Assembly (NCBI RefSeq): GCF_964194155.1
Contig: NC_135884.1
Location: 112,654,001 to 112,718,000 of the forward strand
Direction: 5' to 3'
DNA from: Cetorhinus maximus
Lineage: Eukaryota
Length of the DNA: 64,000 nt
Shown here one piece after another: positions 25,915 through 39,280 of this stretch. A program made the translations under genes and the position numbers. Within the stretch, counting starts at the first letter, position 1, and every line of letters starts with the position of its first letter. The notes under the pieces were generated by a model. It had not been told where the DNA came from. It saw nothing but the letters and a program-made list of their open reading frames with translations, and did not search any database.

Positions 25915-27145
25915 TAGAACATAGGAACAGGAGTAGGCCATTCGGCTCTTCAAGTCTGCTCCACCATTCAGTTAGAACGTGGCTGATCATCTATTTCAGT
26001 GCCACTTTCCCACACTATCTCCATATCCCTTGATGTCATTAGTCTGCAGAAATCTATCAATTTCTGCCTTGAACATGCTCAATGATTGAGCTTCCGTAGC
26101 CGTCTGGGGTAGCGAATTCCAAATATTCACCACGCTCTGAGTGAAGAAATTGCTCCTCATCTCAGTCTTAAATGGCCTACCTCTTATCCTGAGATTATGT
26201 CCCCTGGTTTTAGACTCACCAGCCAGGGGAAACATCTTCTCTACATCCAGCCTGTCACGCCCTGTAAGAATTTTGTAAGTTTCACTGAGTTCACCTCTCA
26301 TTCCTCAAAACTGTAAGGAATACAGACCCGGTCTCCTCAATCTCTCCTCATATGACAATCCTGCCATCCCAGGGTTTAATCTGGCAAAACTCTGTTGCAC
26401 TCCCTCCATGGCAAGTATATCCTTCTTTAGATAAGGAGACCAAAACTGTACACAATACTCCAGTAAGTATCCAATACTTGGTGAGGTCTCACCAAGGCTC
26501 TATACAACTGCAGCTAGACATCTTTACTCCTATACTCAAATCTCCTTGCGATAAAGGCCAACATACCATTTGCCTTCCTCATTACTTGCTGCACCTACGT
26601 GCTAGCTTTTAATGACTCATAAACAAGGACACCCAGGTCCCTCTGGACGCCTTCACTTCCCAACCTCTCATCATTTAAGAAATATTTTGCCTTTCTGTTT
26701 TTTCTGCCAAAGTAAATAACTTCAGACTTATTCACATTGTATTCCATCTGCCATGTTCTTGCCCATTCACTTAGCCTGTCCAAATCTTCATGAAGCCTCC
26801 TTGCATCCTCCTCACAACTTACATTACCCACCCAGCAAATTTGGAAATATTACAAATGGTCCCCACATCCAAATCATTTATATAGATTGTGAACAGCTGT
26901 GGACCTAGCTCTGATCCTTGCGGTACCCCACTAGCAACAGCCTGCCATCCTGAGAATGATCCGTTTATTCCTATGCTCGGTATTCTGTCCGCTAACTAAT
27001 TCTCAATCCATACTAGTATATTTCCTCCAATCCGTGCACACTAATTTTATTTACTAACCTCCTGTGTGCGGCCTTCTGAAAATCACTACGTCAACTGGTC
27101 CTCCTTTATCTATGCTACAAGTAACATCCTCAAGAAACTCCAACA
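25915..27145 (-). mobile_element. CR1 LINE fragment
   Basis: ORFs 26595-26831 and 25996-26301 are CR1 RT C-terminus; atagaacatag tail. Confidence 0.88.
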
Positions 27146-27443
27146 TTGGATCAAGTTTTGTTCTGTAAAGACACATGTGGAAGCTGGTGTGCAATGGTTT
27201 CTCCAAACTAAAAGATGTCAACATAGTCGTCTTTCTTTCGCGCATATCTTCCAAGCCCTTTGGCAACCAGCAAATGGCGACAAGAACAGGATTGTGTTGT
27301 CTGGAAGTTCTAGTAATACACAACCAGACATTCCACATGACAAGAAATGCCCTATGTGCCATAAAGTCTGCAGATCCTGAATCAACCTCAACTCATGGAA
27401 GACAATCAGCCTCGTTTGCAATTGATAGCCAATAATAATAATG
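27146..27443 (+). mobile_element. RTE-type LINE 3' end
   Basis: C-terminal CPMCHKVCRS..L.SH zinc-finger-like remnant followed by an (ATA)n tail. Confidence 0.5.
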
Positions 27444-28080
27444 ATATTTATACATCGACTCCCTATTGCTTTCAGAATTATTTCACTAGCATTGTTATCT
27501 AAATAAAACATTTAGACAAACACTGGAAATATGATCAGAAACCCTTGACTTTTTTAAATTACTCTTAAACTACTGGGCTTATTCTTATGCCTCTACAGGA
27601 TCTCTCTTCGGCCCTTGAAAAGTGATAGAATCACATCAGACCCTATTCTCGTTTCAAACTGTTAAAGCAAATTTATCAAATTGTCAAAATGCAATAGAAT
27701 AGACATCGCAAAGCAACATAAATTACAAATTTTTGAACTTTATTAATGATAAGTTTTAAGACATTTTTTAAACAGCAAGCTGTGTCATTCACTGAATATG
27801 ATAGCACCTGATGCTTGTAAGCTGGGTCTCTGATCTTATTTCCAAATGATAGAAAATTGTACAACAAATAAAGAAATAATTCTATAGTTTTAAAGTTAAA
27901 AACAAATGTTTTCTAGCTTTGAAATATGAAAGCAATATAAAGCATGAATTCTAAAGAGATAACTTTTGATAGGAAAAACAATATTGGGAGAACATTCTTT
28001 CTATAATTTGTCTATTAATGCAACCATACATATAATTAACTATTCCACTGCAGTCCTTAATCAATAAACAAAAAGGTAAT

Positions 28081-28231
28081 AAAAACAGAAAATGCTGGAA
28101 AAACTCAGCAGCATCTGTGGAGAAAGAAACAGAGCTAACGTTTTGAGTCCATATGACTTCTTCAGAACTAACGAGAAGCATTTTCTGTTTTTATTTCAGA
28201 TTTTCAGCATTATCCGCAGTATTTAGCTTTT
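28081..28231. mobile_element. Solo Penelope pLTR insertion with inverted termini
   Basis: 14-bp TSD aacaaaaaggtaat (28067-28080, 28232-28245). aaaaacagaaaatgct and agcattttctgttttt are inverted. Degenerate CTGAAGA motif on the minus strand. Confidence 0.82.
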
Positions 28232-29974
28232 AACAAAAAGGTAATGCTCGATTTCTTTACTGGAATAATTTTCAAAATTACAAATTAGATCACGTTCAAG
28301 CATTTTAAAAACAACGTTAATTTAATAGCAGAATCTTCACATCTTGTAATTTACTCTGAATAGTTACAGCACCTACCTTTGTTCATGTACAATAAAAATT
28401 TGAAAATAAGCATGCAATACAGATTTACCCAGTCATCATCTGTCTACAGTGGGCAAGATAAACAATTTATTCATTTTCTAGGAACCAATCATAAAAAACA
28501 CTTGCTGTCACTGGACAGATTTCTTATGAACTTCTTTCCAAATTCTTTGATTGGAAATATACACCCCTCCCTCAGTTTCTCACCCCACCCACATCATAGC
28601 CTCTGACTGAGAGCACTATCACAGCAAACCTAGCGTGTATAGAAAAAGTCTTACATCTAGCATGCATCTGTGATACTTTGTTAGAGATACATAATAACTT
28701 TAGAGAGAGGAAGCAAATCCAATTAGACTGCTTGAAATTTGAAAAATATAATGACCTTAAGTGCACAAGAAGAATTTACAAGTGACTAAAATTATCTGGA
28801 TTTACACAGCAAGTATTTGAACAGTGGCCTTAAAAGCACAGGACAGGTTAGCAGTTACTGCAAATATTCTCCAGGGTCAGACTACCCAGGAGCAAAGTCA
28901 TGGAACATCTGCTGGTAACTTGATATTTTTGACCTGAATTTTACATCTTCAGTTCAAAAAGGATCCAATTTTCCAAAATGCCTAGCTCAAAATCTTAGAA
29001 GTGCAAGTCATTGAAGAGCAGGTTTGAAGGTATGCGAAGAACTAAAGTGGTTTGGGTAACATCTTGAACATTGCAGGAGCAACCCATTTTAAAAAGAAAC
29101 TGCCCCAGTTTTAAAAGAGGCCACTTAACTTCCTCTGAAATTTGCTCACAAAAGTAGCTAGCAGCCATCAATAGACAGAAGCCCCTGTAATCAATCGTGC
29201 AAGCTTCAGCAGTAAATATTTAAAAATAATCTATCCATTAATTAAACTACTTGCAAGCAATTCCAATAGTGAAAATATTTGAAATACAAATCATGTTGCT
29301 GATCTACCTGCAGGTCTGTTTGATAACATGGGTTCCAAATTGTTGGTTCCAAATTTAAGGTTCCAAATTTCCAGAATTCTTGCTAATCAATGTTCCTTCT
29401 TCAGTTTCTAGGTGCTCCCATTGATTACAAAGACAGAGCTCAACTCCCACTCTCTAGGATTGTGGGGATGGTTGCATGCTCAATGCAATGGTTGGTGCCA
29501 GATTTCTTTTTCCAATACTACAGTGCAGTTCCCATCAAGCCAAAGAGCAGCATGGACTCTGTGCTCACAAATTCATATCCTGCCCACCTAAGCCCTACCT
29601 GATACTAAGATTAGGCTAGAGGAGTGAAGAGACAAAATATAATATAAAATAAAATATCATATAAAATATAAAAAGGCTGATTTTGGAAAATCATTAAAGG
29701 CGTGATTTAACTGTTGTGTCAATGCTTCATTTTTAATCATGTTTGAGCTTAACATCATGTAAATTTAAGAACTGTAACTTGTAGCAATTATTAAAAATGC
29801 AATCTTATGGATTAGATTGGAATACTGGAAGAAAGTCTAAAGCACAACACTTCTCTGACCCCCTCAAATATTGAGTGTACATTTAGAGAGTGCTCTTAAC
29901 AAGACTAAATCTATAAGTCTAGTTTGAGTGCACATGTACAGTATGTCTAGGACAGAGTAAACTGTGAAAAAGGA

Positions 29975-30386
29975 ATACATGCATTTATATTGCGCCTTTC
30001 ATGATCTTATGATATCCCAAAGCATTTTACAGCCAATTAAGTACTTTTGTAATCACAGTAATGTTGGATACACTGCAGCTAAATGGCTCACAGCAAGGAT
30101 CCACGATCAGCACTGTGTTTATGATCAAATAATTGGTTTTGATGATGTTGGTTGAGGGATAAATGATGGCCCTGGTCTTCTTTGAATATTGCCATGAAAT
30201 CTTTTATGTCCAAGAGAGGGGAGATGGGACATCAGCCAAAAAATGGCACTTCTGACAACGCAGCACTGTCTCAGTCCTACACTGAAATGTTGGCCTGGAT
30301 TATGGCTCAAGCCTCTGGAGCAGAACTTGAACCCACGATCTTCCAATTCAGAGGTCAGAATACAACCATTGAGCCACAGTTGACAC
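29975..30386 (-). mobile_element. tRNA-derived Deu-domain SINE (SacSINE1/AmnSINE-like)
   Basis: Reverse strand shows a tRNA head (gtggctca..gggttcaagt), a Deu-like core (agtgctgc.ttgtcaga.gtgcc) and an L2-like tail (ggcgc.atataaatgca). Confidence 0.7.
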
Positions 30387-30896
30387 TAATAATTAATAAG
30401 TGCAACCAGTCAAGGTGCTTTAGAACTTAATTGGTTAGTGTATAGTATGAATCAATACACCCATAATACATTTTTCAACAAAGATCTTTGTCTATTTGAA
30501 CACAATCTCTCTTCTAGGTTCTACTGCTGCTAAAATAACTGAAGCAATAGGCAACTATATTGTCACTTATTAAACCAACCACCTCATTTTTCAAAATGGA
30601 CAATGCAGAAGATGTATTACTGCTGTCATCAGGCACTGACTATTCAGATGAGGCCATTTGGCACACTGTAATCAGGCAATCAAACAGATACCTAGGAAAA
30701 TACGTGAGTAATATTCCCCAGTGTAGTTTCAGTAAGGAGTTTTCCTCTTACAAATCATCCTAGAATTCATTCATCAAGCATTCAAATGCAAATTTGATTC
30801 AAGTACAGAAAAAAATAACAAACCCTATCTGCACATTTTGTGTAGGCAGTCCTGCCATTAGGGAAATTAAAATCTCTCTCCTTTGGATGTATTAAG

Positions 30897-31265
30897 TGTC
30901 AGTTTGACTCCATTGGGAGCATTTTTGCCTGAGTCGAAAGGTTGTGGGTTAACACTTGCACGCAGTACTGAGGGAGTGCTGCCCTGACACAAAGTTCTTT
31001 GAAGCAGAAATAAGACTGAAGCCACGTCTACCCATTCCAGTGGTTCGGGTGGTCAGCATTATTTGCATAACAGTGAGCTCACCCAAATGAGTGAGCCAAC
31101 AGTCTTCCCTCGACCATCAAAAACGGATTAACTAGCCATTCATCTCACTGCTGTGTTGGGGATCTTTTGCCACCTTCATTTGTCTACATAATAAGTGTTT
31201 TTCAAAGTTGAATGCAGAATGCTTCGAGATGTTTCTACGAGACATTATATAAATGCTAGTCTTTC
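30897..31265 (+). mobile_element. Deu-domain SINE
   Basis: cagtactgagggagtgctgc core; tail tatataaatgctagtctttc. Confidence 0.6.
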
Positions 31266-31639
31266 CTGTCACTTAGTACAATTAAATATAACTACACTAA
31301 TGTGGCAAGTTACTAATGTCAACACTGTTCCAAAGAAGCTATGGAGTGTTGCACTAAGGCCTAATATGACTACATGCAGAACACCGAAACATATGTTGTG
31401 ACTTCACAACGATTATTCTATCAACAGCCTTGACTTATAGCTTCCTGGTCTCAATTAAACAAAACAAGCATGTGCAGGTAGTTAAGAGCATGAATAGAAC
31501 TGTCATTAGAATAGAATAGAATTGAATAGCATGAAGAACAAAAGAGATGGTTACATGAGCTTACACAATAAGATAACATACAGACCGTGGTCTTTAATTT
31601 TAGACAATGTAAAGCACAGTGTAAATGCTGACACACACA

Positions 31640-32100
31640 ACTGCCCTCCTATGCAGTTCTTGTCATTGTATTGCAGGAGCAAATCCTAAGACTTGAAAGG
31701 ATGCAGCAAAAAGCTACCCATCTGATACATGGTAACAGATACGGAGCTACAAGCAGAGACTGCAAAAGCTGAGTTTGTTCATGATAAAGAATGAGAATGG
31801 ATCTTACTGACGTAGTCAAGATCCTTAAGAGTATTGACAAGTTGATGGTTGACAGAAAGTGGGGAAGGATGAAGTTCAGAAAGAAGAAAGAATGAATAGA
31901 TTAGTTACAATAGCATTGTCGTGTTTAGAATGGACTCCCCAGGCAAAAAAATAAGGTTGATAACGTAAGCTTCAAGAAGAAGTTGGTGAGAAAATCAATG
32001 GAGGGACTTAAGTAGTGAAAGTATATTCTAATTTTGAAGACTAAGGCTTGCAAGATGGACTGAACTTATCTTTTCCAGTCCTAGACACTCCTATGTTTTT
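31640..32100 (+). mobile_element. Highly decayed CR1 3' fragment
   Basis: Residual LERMQ../DLT..KILK similarity and a 3' UTR ending ctcctatgtt. Confidence 0.4.
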
Positions 32101-32405
32101 AAACTTATGTCCCACTCAGATTTGAGTCAATGATGGTGCCAACCAATGATTAAACTGTCATTGTCTATGCTTCTAAAGCAGTCACCTGGATCCACCATTG
32201 AAACATTTGGAAAAAAAAAGGCAGAAAACAATTAAACCAGGGTTCAACATTAAAACACTTCAAATTTTACAAGACATTGCTGATGGAACTCACCCCAAGA
32301 ATTCTTTTTGTTTAAACTATGGTATGAACGAGTCATATTTTACAATTTTACCATAAATCCAACACAAGCACCACACTATGAATAATTTTAATTGCGATTA
32401 CTCAC

Positions 32406-32515
32406 CTGCAGAAATGGCTAGTTCGATATTAATACTAAACCGTCTCAAGCACTGAATGCAGACGTCCAATAAACCTTCTTTGTTAAAGACAGACACTGCC
32501 GTGCTGCTGCTCTCA
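32406..32515 (-). CDS. HEATR3: HEATR3 coding exon 5 (110 bp)
   Basis: CESSSTAVSVFNKEGLLDVCIQCLRRFSINIELAISA; cttag acceptor, gtgagt donor. Confidence 0.94.
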
Positions 32516-33348
32516 CTAAGCAAATGAGAAAGAAGCTAATCAACCCTTCTCTTCAACAATTACTGTGCACACTTTTAGTTTAGTTTACAGTGCTGCGACA
32601 TTCATGTCTGTATACAAACTACTCACCTTTTCAATCTAAGCTTACAGAAGTAGACACCTAATCATCAGGCATATTTCTCTGGGAAACAGTGCACAAGCAC
32701 TAACAAAATATCAGTGCAGTCAGTGGAAATTATATTAATTTGCAAAAATGAAAGTCACTTTGACAGCAACTATCCTAGCAGAAGCAGCAATTTCTAGCTG
32801 ATGCGAGCAGGACAATTACATTAGTTAGTAACCTGAAAAGAATTAACAATTTTTGTGACAGCTGTGTGAGAACTGCATTCATTGATGTCTAAATTTAGGT
32901 ATTACTCTATTCCAATAGGTTGTTTTGAGCAGAACCAATGACAGAATCCAAAATTCCTGAGGTAGACGTTCCAAGTCTTCACTGATCAAGGTGCCTAGTC
33001 TGTGAGTGGGAAGCTGAAAACTACAGGTGTGCTCCCCACAACCTTCTACCTGTTGAAATCAATGAACAGAAATAATAACAAGGGCTCAGTAATTCTATCT
33101 GCAGTATTTTGCCAAGAACTATTGAAGAATTTATTAGAGGAGCTGCAGGAGGTGAAATGAGGACTTATGCTTGATTTCTTACCAAATGCCATCATGGACA
33201 TTTTCCATAACATAAACTGTTCATCTTAAAAGCCATTAAAAGCCTGATTCTGCAGTGCATATAAGAGTTATCAAGAAAATATTGCAGATTCATGAAAACC
33301 TACAGTTAGTTACTCAAAGTTTTTGTGCTTGAAGAAAAATGAACTTAC

Positions 33349-33461
33349 CATAAATTCCAGAGTAGGTTGATGGCCTCATTGGCTATGTCTTCCACATAGG
33401 TTTTATCTGCACCTTTCTGTTTTTGTGGAATGACCACATTTGCATCTAATTCTGTACAACA
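33349..33461 (-). CDS. HEATR3: HEATR3 coding exon 4 (113 bp)
   Basis: CCTELDANVVIPQKQKGADKTYVEDIANEAINLLWNL; tacag acceptor, gtaagt donor. Confidence 0.93.
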
Positions 33462-33759
33462 CTGTAATCAAGGAACAACAGAAATTGAGATTGAAGTTAG
33501 CAATGTTTTTCTCAGCATGTACTTAAAGAACATCAATTTAAAAAGTAGCATGCCATGCAATTCAAACATCTGAGCCATAGAGTGCTATAATCTAACAATT
33601 CCCCATAAGGAGAGTTCCCATTCTCAACTGTGCCAATGTTTGTGATACCAGTTTCTTTTACCCCAACTGCTTCCCCTCCTCTCTGAACAGTTGGCAATTT
33701 GACAGAATTGGTAGAGGTTAAAGAGCAAAGTTCCACACATCCTCAGATACAACACACCG

Positions 33760-34640
33760 CATGCGGTAACTCAGTGTAATGCATCCAAGTTTGCTGACAA
33801 TACAAAATTAGGTGGACGAGTAAACTGAGGGTGCAAAGAGGCTGCAAAATGATTTAGATAGATTAAATGAGTGAGCATAAATGTAGCAGAATGAATATAG
33901 TATGAAGAAATGTGAAGTTATCCACTTTGGTAGGAAAATTTGAAAATTGAGAGGGACTGGCATGTCCTTCGATACATAAACCACAAAGTTAACATGTAGG
34001 TACAGCAAACAATTAGGGAAGTAAATAGTATGTTAGCCTTTATTACAAACAATTTGGAGGATAAGAATTACGCAGTTTTACTGCAATTGTATTTGTATAG
34101 GTCCTTGGTGAGAGCGCACCAGGAGTGATGTGTATAGTTTTGTTCTCCTTACCCAAGGAAGGATGTGACTGCCTTATAGGGAGAGCAACAAAGGTTTACT
34201 GAAGTGATTCCTGGGATGAGGGGATTGACCTCTGAGGGGAGATTGAGTAGACGAGGCCTTTATACTCTAGAGTTTAGAAGAATGAGAACTGACCTCACTG
34301 AAACATATAAAAAGGGACTTGACAGGGTAGACAACAGGAGGATATTTTGTGGCTGGGGAGTCAAAAACTAAGGGTCACAGTCTCAGAATAAAGAGTCAGC
34401 CACTTAGGACTAAGATGTTGAGAAATTTCTTCACTCAAAGGGTTGTGAATATTTGGAATTCTCGACTCCGGAGAGCTGGTCAAGTAAGGGACTAATAAAT
34501 TTTTGGATACTAAGGAAATCAAGGGATATGGGGGTTGTGCGGAAAAGTGTAGTTGAGATAGATGATTAGCCATGATTTATTAAATGGCAGAGCAGCTCAA
34601 GGGATCGAATGACCTACTATTGCTCCTATTTATGTTTTTA
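33760..34640 (+). mobile_element. CR1 3' fragment (degenerate)
   Basis: aagtttgctgacaatacaaaa (KFAD.TK), RNFFTQRVVNIWNS and 3' UTR. Confidence 0.8.
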
Positions 34641-34721
34641 TGGATGAAAAGGCCAAAGGGAGGAAGTTACAGAAAAATGAAACAAGAGCAGATGGATTTG
34701 CATTTTACACAAAGAGCTTAC

Positions 34722-34809
34722 CTGCTGCAGCAATGCAGTAAGGGGAGTCATAATGTCTTGCTTCACCATCTCATCACAAACATCATACCCACCACAAGCA
34801 CTAAGGTTT
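34722..34809 (-). CDS. HEATR3: HEATR3 coding exon 3 (88 bp)
   Basis: [30 protein letters not shown]; aacag acceptor, gtaagc donor. Confidence 0.95.
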
Positions 34810-34919
34810 CTGTTATAAACAAACAATTTGTATTGGACACTTGCATATTTACAAACCTCTCTTCCAAGCATATCATAGAATGGTTACAGCACAGGGGAAG
34901 GCCAGTCATGCGACAAGTC

Positions 34920-35820
34920 AAGTGGATTTTACGGGACGCCGTACTCTAACCTCCACCCTCCCCAACACCTCACCGACCGAAAAGTCGGTCGTGAGCTCGA
35001 CCACCTAAAAGCCGGCTGCTTCACCGTCATTTTAACCTGGGAGGAGTGTTCATTGGCTCAGGATGAGACTCCTGCCCCCATCTAGGGAGGAAGGCACCCT
35101 GCTTAAAGAGCTGCTGGCCGACCTGACTGGTCAGCAGCTCTGTTGTCCCAGCACTTGGCTATCACTTGAACCTGACGCTGCTGGGACTACAGGCAATCCC
35201 AAAGAAACAGAGCAAAATACTGTGGATGCTGGAAATCTAAAATAAAAACAGAAAATGCTGGGAAAATCTCAGCAGGTCTGGCAGCATCTGTGGAGAGAGA
35301 AACAGAGTTAACATTTGGAGTCTGTACGACTCTTCTTCAGAGGTCCGAAGAGTCATAAGGTCCCAAAGCCGAGGAAGAGGTTATGGAGGACAGACCGACA
35401 GGGAAGTCCAGGATAGCAGCTGGTGAGGGAGATTTGGGGGTGGGATGGGGTACCGAATTCAAGACAGCGGGTGGGGGAAAGTTAAAGGGGGGGGAATTAT
35501 GGCCTTGTTTACAGAGGGAGATGGTGTGCCCCCAATAGTCACAGGGCTCCCCCCAAAGGAGGTGCACCCCTCCTTCTTGTCCAACAACAGCCTTCACAGT
35601 GAAAGCTGTCGGGCTATGCACTTGCCTGGGCCTTCCCCTGCTGTGGGTAAAATAGCAGCAGATGCAGAATGAGACACTTAGGTGGCCTTTAATTGGCCAC
35701 TTAAGGGCCTCAATAGGCTCAAGGGCAGGTGGGTTGCCTGATGCCTCCCTTGACCACCAGAAAATGGAAGCCAGGTCAGGGGTAGGCAGGAAAGCGATGG
35801 GAAGGCCAGACACCCAAGTC
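34920..35820. mobile_element. GC-rich MITE-like non-autonomous element
   Basis: GC-rich block starting gtggattttac, like the terminus of the 2614 element. Boundaries approximate. Confidence 0.35.
35205..35360 (-). mobile_element. Solo Penelope pLTR insertion
   Basis: 8-bp TSD tcccaaag (35197-35204, 35361-35368); short fold-back gactcttc..gaagagtc. Confidence 0.78.
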
Positions 35821-36158
35821 TAAGTCATTAACACATAAAAAAAACTGATATTCAATAAAATAAAAATATTTCTACCCTCAAGAAAGTCTTCCACCAGATC
35901 CTAGTGTATTTGGCATAATCATTATTCCTAAAGATTTATATATACTATAAAAAGGCAACCATTATTAAAAAGTTGACAGTTACCAATAGTTTTATAGGAA
36001 AATGGTTATTTATAACTTTATTATTTTGAAATCTAGATATTCTAATCCTTGTTTGGATAAAACTCACATTCAAGTACATATCCTATTCAAACACCATTGA
36101 TCTGATCTCCAGATCTGATTTGACATATGTAACAACATTTAAAACATTTAACGCAAAC

Positions 36159-36331
36159 CTGAGTGCACCAGCAGCTGTCTCCCTGACACCAACACTTGAG
36201 TCAAGCAGCATCGGTCCCAAACACCGAACAGCATCTTTCTGCAGGAATGAAGGGATCACCTTTTTCTCCTGGACAAGTTTTGAAATATTGGCACATGCAA
36301 ATTCTCGGACATCAGGAGACACACTCTGTAA
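36159..36331 (-). CDS. HEATR3: HEATR3 coding exon 2 (173 bp)
   Basis: LQSVSPDVREFACANISKLVQ..DAVRCLGPMLLDSSVGVRETAAGALR; gatag acceptor, gtttgc donor. Confidence 0.95.
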
Positions 36332-36934
36332 CTATCAGAGAACAGGATTTTAGTTAATCACAGGGAGCAATCATGTACTATGCTCACACATGCTTGTAAA
36401 GTCGATTTTCATTTGCTACAACCCGTGGAAATGCTGCGACATTTTGGTCTAGTTTCTTTCTGATCCAATACTCTAAGAGTGTGCAGGATTAGATGGGAAC
36501 CTTCCTTTACATTGATGCAAGCCCTTTGTGGTACAGAGTATTCCACATTCCTTTACTTCTAGTAGCAATTACAAATCAAAATGAGCATACTGCTATCAAC
36601 AAGTTCATATAATTAAGGTTTAATGCTGTTTAAAGTTTTAGACAAAGAGTAGAGCGCCTTTCACATTGTATCGGTCGGTACACTTTTAGTTTCTGAAGTA
36701 ACTTCAACATAATGTGCATCAAAAGACAAAGTTAAAAATTTCCCTGTAATTATTTTTCACAAGTGACGAATTCTCAATTTTCAATATGATTGGTGGAAAT
36801 GTCAGGACAACAACTAAGACCTGGACATAGATAAGGATTACGTTAACATCGCCAATTCTATTGGATAGATTACCATCCAGGCTTCTTCAATTTGCTGATG
36901 CACATCGTTTTTGTCCTCTTGTTTTCTTTATGGT

Positions 36935-37203
36935 TTACAACAGCTCCACCATTGGTGGCTGTGCCTTCAGTTGCCTAAGCGCCAAGTTCTGGAATGTCCT
37001 TCCTATACCTCTCTGCTTCTCAAACTCGCATTCCTCCTTTAAGACACTCCTTTAAACCCAGCTCTTTGACCAAGATTTTATCATTCAACCTTATATCCCC
37101 TTATGTGGCTTGGTGTCATACCTTGTTTGGTATTACCCCTGTGCATCGCTTTGGGATGTTTTCTTATGTTACAGGTGCTATATAAATGTAAGTTATTGTT
37201 GTC
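36935..37203 (+). mobile_element. L2-type LINE 3' end
   Basis: Same family as 1820-2073; ends gctatataaatgtaagttattgttgt. Confidence 0.6.
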
Positions 37204-38346
37204 ATTTAGACACAGTCTGGTAAGCTCTTTAGAGTCGAAGTGGCTAAAGGATGAAATAATTAGTGAAGTAATCTCAGAACCATGTCAATCTTCCGTAACA
37301 GATGCTTAAGTCAGACAGGTCCCAGTGCTTCAGTGGGTCAGTTGGCTCACTACTCCAAACTTGGGGGGCGGGGGGGGGCGTAGATCTCTTACCAGGAGAT
37401 CTTCACTCAGCTCCAGGTAACCATCAAAGCCAATGCCTTATTGGGTAGGATGGCACTGGCTGGGCAAACATACCAATGCTCTGCAGTTTTAGCAGGCTAA
37501 AATCCAGGAGTGCCCTCTACACAATCAAGGGTTCCTAAAACATGCCTATGCCAATCTGCACCTATGCCCTTTAAACTTGGGTAAATGAGTGTGTCCATTA
37601 CCAGTTTGAGCCTGCCATTGATACCTTGGTAGGCTCAGTGGCATCAGCCGCTCCTGTAACTGGATATTGCAAATTTTTTCACTTGCTCTCACATGTGCTT
37701 CTATCTTAATGTATGCAAACTGCTTATACTTAAGACAAGGCCAGAACAAAAAATGAAGCTGTCTCACTATACAGACAGTAAATGATCAGAAAATAATTTT
37801 GGTACTGAAGACTAAATTAAATAACTTCCCTCAGCTCAGAAAAATCTGGACTAGGAGTAACAAAAATGAGTTCTACTTAGCAGGTATTAGACAGCTAGAA
37901 ATGTTTTGAGAAAGAATTACGGCAGACGAGAACAATTTTGAGCATTATTTCAGCATCATTTACACACCATGATGGTTTGTCTCAGCAGCATGAACACATA
38001 CAAATGGAAAATTTTGTCTGTGGCCCATAGACCTCCATTGTAGGGTTACAGAGCAATTGGTGATTAAAATGTTCCTGAGGTACGCATTGAAGGATTTTCC
38101 CTAAAGATCGAAAACCATAATGAATTTGTTCACCAGTTTCAATAATGGATAATCACATCACACACAGCCATTTTGTTGGGAACTCGCTGGTGTCAGGTGC
38201 TTTTTAGGGGAGTCTGGCATTGGCCCTCCTCTCTGGTGAACACAGAAAGATAAACAGAAACAGAGATGCATAGCACCAATCAGGTCTTTAAACAGAAACT
38301 TTCTCTGATTCATAATATTACGATGCAGGAGGGTAATTAGGAATTA

Positions 38347-38445
38347 AGAAAGTGCTGGAAAAACTCAACAGGTCTGGGAGCACCTGTGGAGACAGAAACC
38401 AAGTTAATGTTTTGAGTCAGATATGTCCCTTCTTCAGAGCCAAAG
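38347..38445 (-). mobile_element. Solo Penelope pLTR insertion (older)
   Basis: 10-bp TSD ttaggaatta (38337-38346, 38446-38455); tgctggaaaaactca.caggtctg core. Confidence 0.75.
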
Positions 38446-38871
38446 TTAGGAATTATCTTGTTTAAGTTTAGACAGACAACTAATATGGCAAAGCATAACG
38501 TTCTTTATTTTGTATTATTATGCAAAGAAAAATTGTATTAATTTAACACAAATAAGTCCAATAATAACAGTTGCTCTGTAATAGAGGTCCTCATCTCCCT
38601 CTGACGTTCCTCAGACCCTTTGAGTATCGCCAATCCTTCTTCAAAATTTCATAGCTATTTCCTTGTAGAAACTCCCCTCACTGTACTCTCTGGCTAGCAG
38701 CAATTTGTCTTTGATGATTTCAATTTAAACTGGTCCAGCCCCCTCTCCTCCAATTTGTCTGCATCCTCTTCACACAAACTTAAGACTATAGATGAACTCT
38801 TACAACCACTTATGCCACCCTGCAGGACCCTGCCACCTCTCATTTTTCTACTATTGACAAAGTCTTCAAGT

Positions 38872-39280
38872 TGTCAATTATTGTTCAGTTGGTAGCACTC
38901 TTGCTTGAATTACAAGGTTGTGGGTTCAAGTCCCACTCCAGAAACTTGAGTGCAAAAACCTAGTCTGACACTCCAGTGCAGAATAGTGAGCACCGTCAAG
39001 ATGTCATCTTTCAGATGAGATGTTATACTGAGAATGTCTGTTCTCTCTGGTGGAGTTATCCCTGCTGACCTGGCTAATGTTTATCCCTCAATCACCATCA
39101 CCTAAAAAACAGATATTCCAGTCATTAGCACATTCCAGTTTCTGGGAGCATACTGTGTTCTAATTGGCTGGCACATTTCCTACATTATAACAGTGACTAG
39201 GCTTCAAAAGTACTCCATGGACAGTAAGGTGCTTTGCAACATCCTGAGCTTGGGAGAGGCAACATATAAATACAAGTTTT
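38872..39280 (+). mobile_element. Deu-domain tRNA SINE
   Basis: A/B-box head (tcagttggtagcactct..gggttcaagtccc), tcagatgagatgtta core and L2-like tail. Confidence 0.7.

Noticed and set aside
29975-39280. tRNA-like A/B boxes as real tRNA genes
   Set aside because: They are SINE heads followed by a Deu core and LINE tail, with no intact cloverleaf.
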